NCBI GenBank assembly: GCA_046861385.1
Contig: JBHHTW010000030.1
Coordinates: 1 to 24,831, forward strand
Source of the DNA: Fidelibacterota bacterium
GTDB lineage: Bacteria; Fidelibacterota; Marinisomatia; Marinisomatales; TCS55
DNA length: 24,831 nucleotides
Reading direction: 5' to 3'
Position numbers and translations under genes: made by a program. Of the stretch, positions 23,512 to 24,831 are shown one piece after another. The stretch's first letter is position 1, and each line of letters opens with the position of its first letter. The notes beneath the pieces are model-generated. The model saw only the letters and a list, made by a program, of their open reading frames with translations. It did not search any database and was not told the DNA's origin.

Positions 23512-23588
23512 TGTTAATCACTATCTTTTTTTTTAAATAAATTTCTTCATATATTCCACCAAGTTGTACGAACGATAAGGGTAAAACC

Positions 23589-24707
23589 ATGAAAAATATA
23601 CTATATTTTGCATTGGCACTAATCATTTTTGCCGGATGCAGTCAAAAACCGCAAAGTGACGTTGATACGCCTGAATACCATTTCAAGGCGGGGATGCGGG
23701 CAGTTGAATCCGGTAATTATACTGCCGCCATAACCTCATTCCAACGATCTGTTGATCTTGATAAAAAATTTGCAATTGGTTATTGCGGGCTGGGATTAGC
23801 CCATGCCTATCTGGGACATATCAACGAGGCAAAAAGCAATGTGAATAAAGGTGTTGGTAAGGGCGGTAAGGATCCTGATGTTTTGGCTTTGGGCGCCAGG
23901 GTGTGGATTACACTTCGGGGACATGAAAAATATTGGTTTAAGCGGTCTACCAAAATATTGGATAAAGCGCTGAAAAAGAAGAAAAACCACGAGGCGTCCT
24001 TATATTATTACGGTGTTGCCCATTTATATAATTATGAATTTGATAGCGCCGGATCCTATTTCCAAAAAGTTGTGTCCAGAAAAGGGGAGTACGCAGGAAA
24101 GGCGGATGACAAATGGACATTGGCGCAAAAAATTGTTCGGGCAATGCCGGGAACATCTGTTGGGAAAAAAGTAGCACTGCATGAAAAAATTACTCGAGCT
24201 GATCTTGCTGTGTTATTTGCAGAAGAATTAAAAATCAGTGAATTATTTGCCAGAATGCCTCAGCAAAATGCGGGATTTCAGACCCCGGGACAATATAACG
24301 CTGCCGGTAGTTCAGCAGGCAATCCAATGGACAGCAAGGGACATTGGGCAGAAACATGGATTAATGAAATGACCAAATACAGTGTATTGGAAGTCAGCCC
24401 TGATAGAAAATTTCACCCCGATGATGTGATTACTCGAGCTGAATATGCCATGGCCGTCCAGCGGTTGCTGGTGGTTGCCACTCGAGACGCCGGATTAGAA
24501 ACTCGCTATTTCGGAGAAAATCCGTCCCGGTTTAGCGATGTGCCCAGCAGCCATTACGCCTATAATGCAATGGCTCTTTGTTCCGAAAGAGGAATCATGC
24601 AAACGGATTTGCTTACAGGAAACTTCAACCCATCCGGAACAGTCACCGGAGCAGATGCTCTGCTGATAATACGGGCGATACAAAATTCTTTGCGAATGAC
24701 ATTTTAA
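23589..24707 (+). CDS. Lipoprotein with N-terminal TPR repeats and C-terminal S-layer homology (SLH) domains
   Basis: Lipobox IFAG|C17; TPR-like HFKAGMRAVESGNYTAAITSFQRSVDLDKKFAIGYCGLGLAH and LYYYGVAHLYNYEFDSAGSYFQKVV; SLH motifs D.KGHWAE.WI....F.PDD.ITRAEYA and FSDVPSSHYAYNA......GIM; RBS AAGGG 7 nt upstream. Confidence 0.88.
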   Translation: MKNILYFALALIIFAGCSQKPQSDVDTPEYHFKAGMRAVESGNYTAAITSFQRSVDLDKKFAIGYCGLGLAHAYLGHINEAKSNVNKGVGKGGKDPDVLALGARVWITLRGHEKYWFKRSTKILDKALKKKKNHEASLYYYGVAHLYNYEFDSAGSYFQKVVSRKGEYAGKADDKWTLAQKIVRAMPGTSVGKKVALHEKITRADLAVLFAEELKISELFARMPQQNAGFQTPGQYNAAGSSAGNPMDSKGHWAETWINEMTKYSVLEVSPDRKFHPDDVITRAEYAMAVQRLLVVATRDAGLETRYFGENPSRFSDVPSSHYAYNAMALCSERGIMQTDLLTGNFNPSGTVTGADALLIIRAIQNSLRMTF

Positions 24708-24774
24708 ATTCATCATCATAGCTAATAGGAGTCTACTCCGAAAACCGTGTTTTTGTTTAACCAACGTTGCGGTG

Positions 24775-24798
24775 TGCAGACAAGAATGTCTATCGTAC
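24775..24798. repeat. Third, degenerate copy of the REP-like element
   Basis: TGCAGACAAGAATGTCT (24775-24791) is identical to 2399-2415; intergenic, downstream of the TPR-SLH gene. Confidence 0.7.
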
Positions 24799-24831
24799 GG
24801 TTGAAAAGATGAAATTGAATCGGATTCGACC

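Noticed and set aside
24728-24739. GGAG-tcta-CTCC hairpin as terminator of the TPR-SLH gene
   Set aside because: Stem is too short and has no adjacent U tract.
20009-24764. Short ORFs overlapping the small operon genes and the TPR-SLH gene
   Set aside because: All overlap better-supported genes and lack independent evidence.
24809-24831. Possible start of a next gene (MKLNRIR)
   Set aside because: Only seven codons are visible and there is no clear RBS.

Overview
Envelope/signalling locus of a diderm bacterium, probably FCB superphylum (Marinimicrobia-like; inferred from the YPNPFNP/FlgD-Ig C-terminal sorting domain and Gln-first mature proteins). A ~20 kb minus-strand operon (23413->3517) encodes a FlgT-like protein, an LPP20-like protein, a TlpA thioredoxin, a CsgG-fold protein and a 5490-aa secreted multi-domain giant (3 LamG, ~12 FN3, 6-7 beta-helix modules). 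After a terminator, on the same strand, come a sigma-less FecR-domain protein and a CHASE2 class III adenylate cyclase. The cyclase is missing from the ORF track; it starts at 2282 and runs off the left edge. A TPR+SLH lipoprotein is transcribed divergently, and the shared promoter region holds a CRP/FNR-type palindrome. My best hypothesis is a trans-envelope surface-sensing system with cAMP output and possible cAMP feedback, built partly from non-flagellar FlgT/FlgP/FlgO-like parts. Also present are a REP-like double hairpin with a third copy 22 kb away, and internal duplications with an AT-rich LamG core in the giant gene. All family calls come from motif recognition by eye, not database searches.
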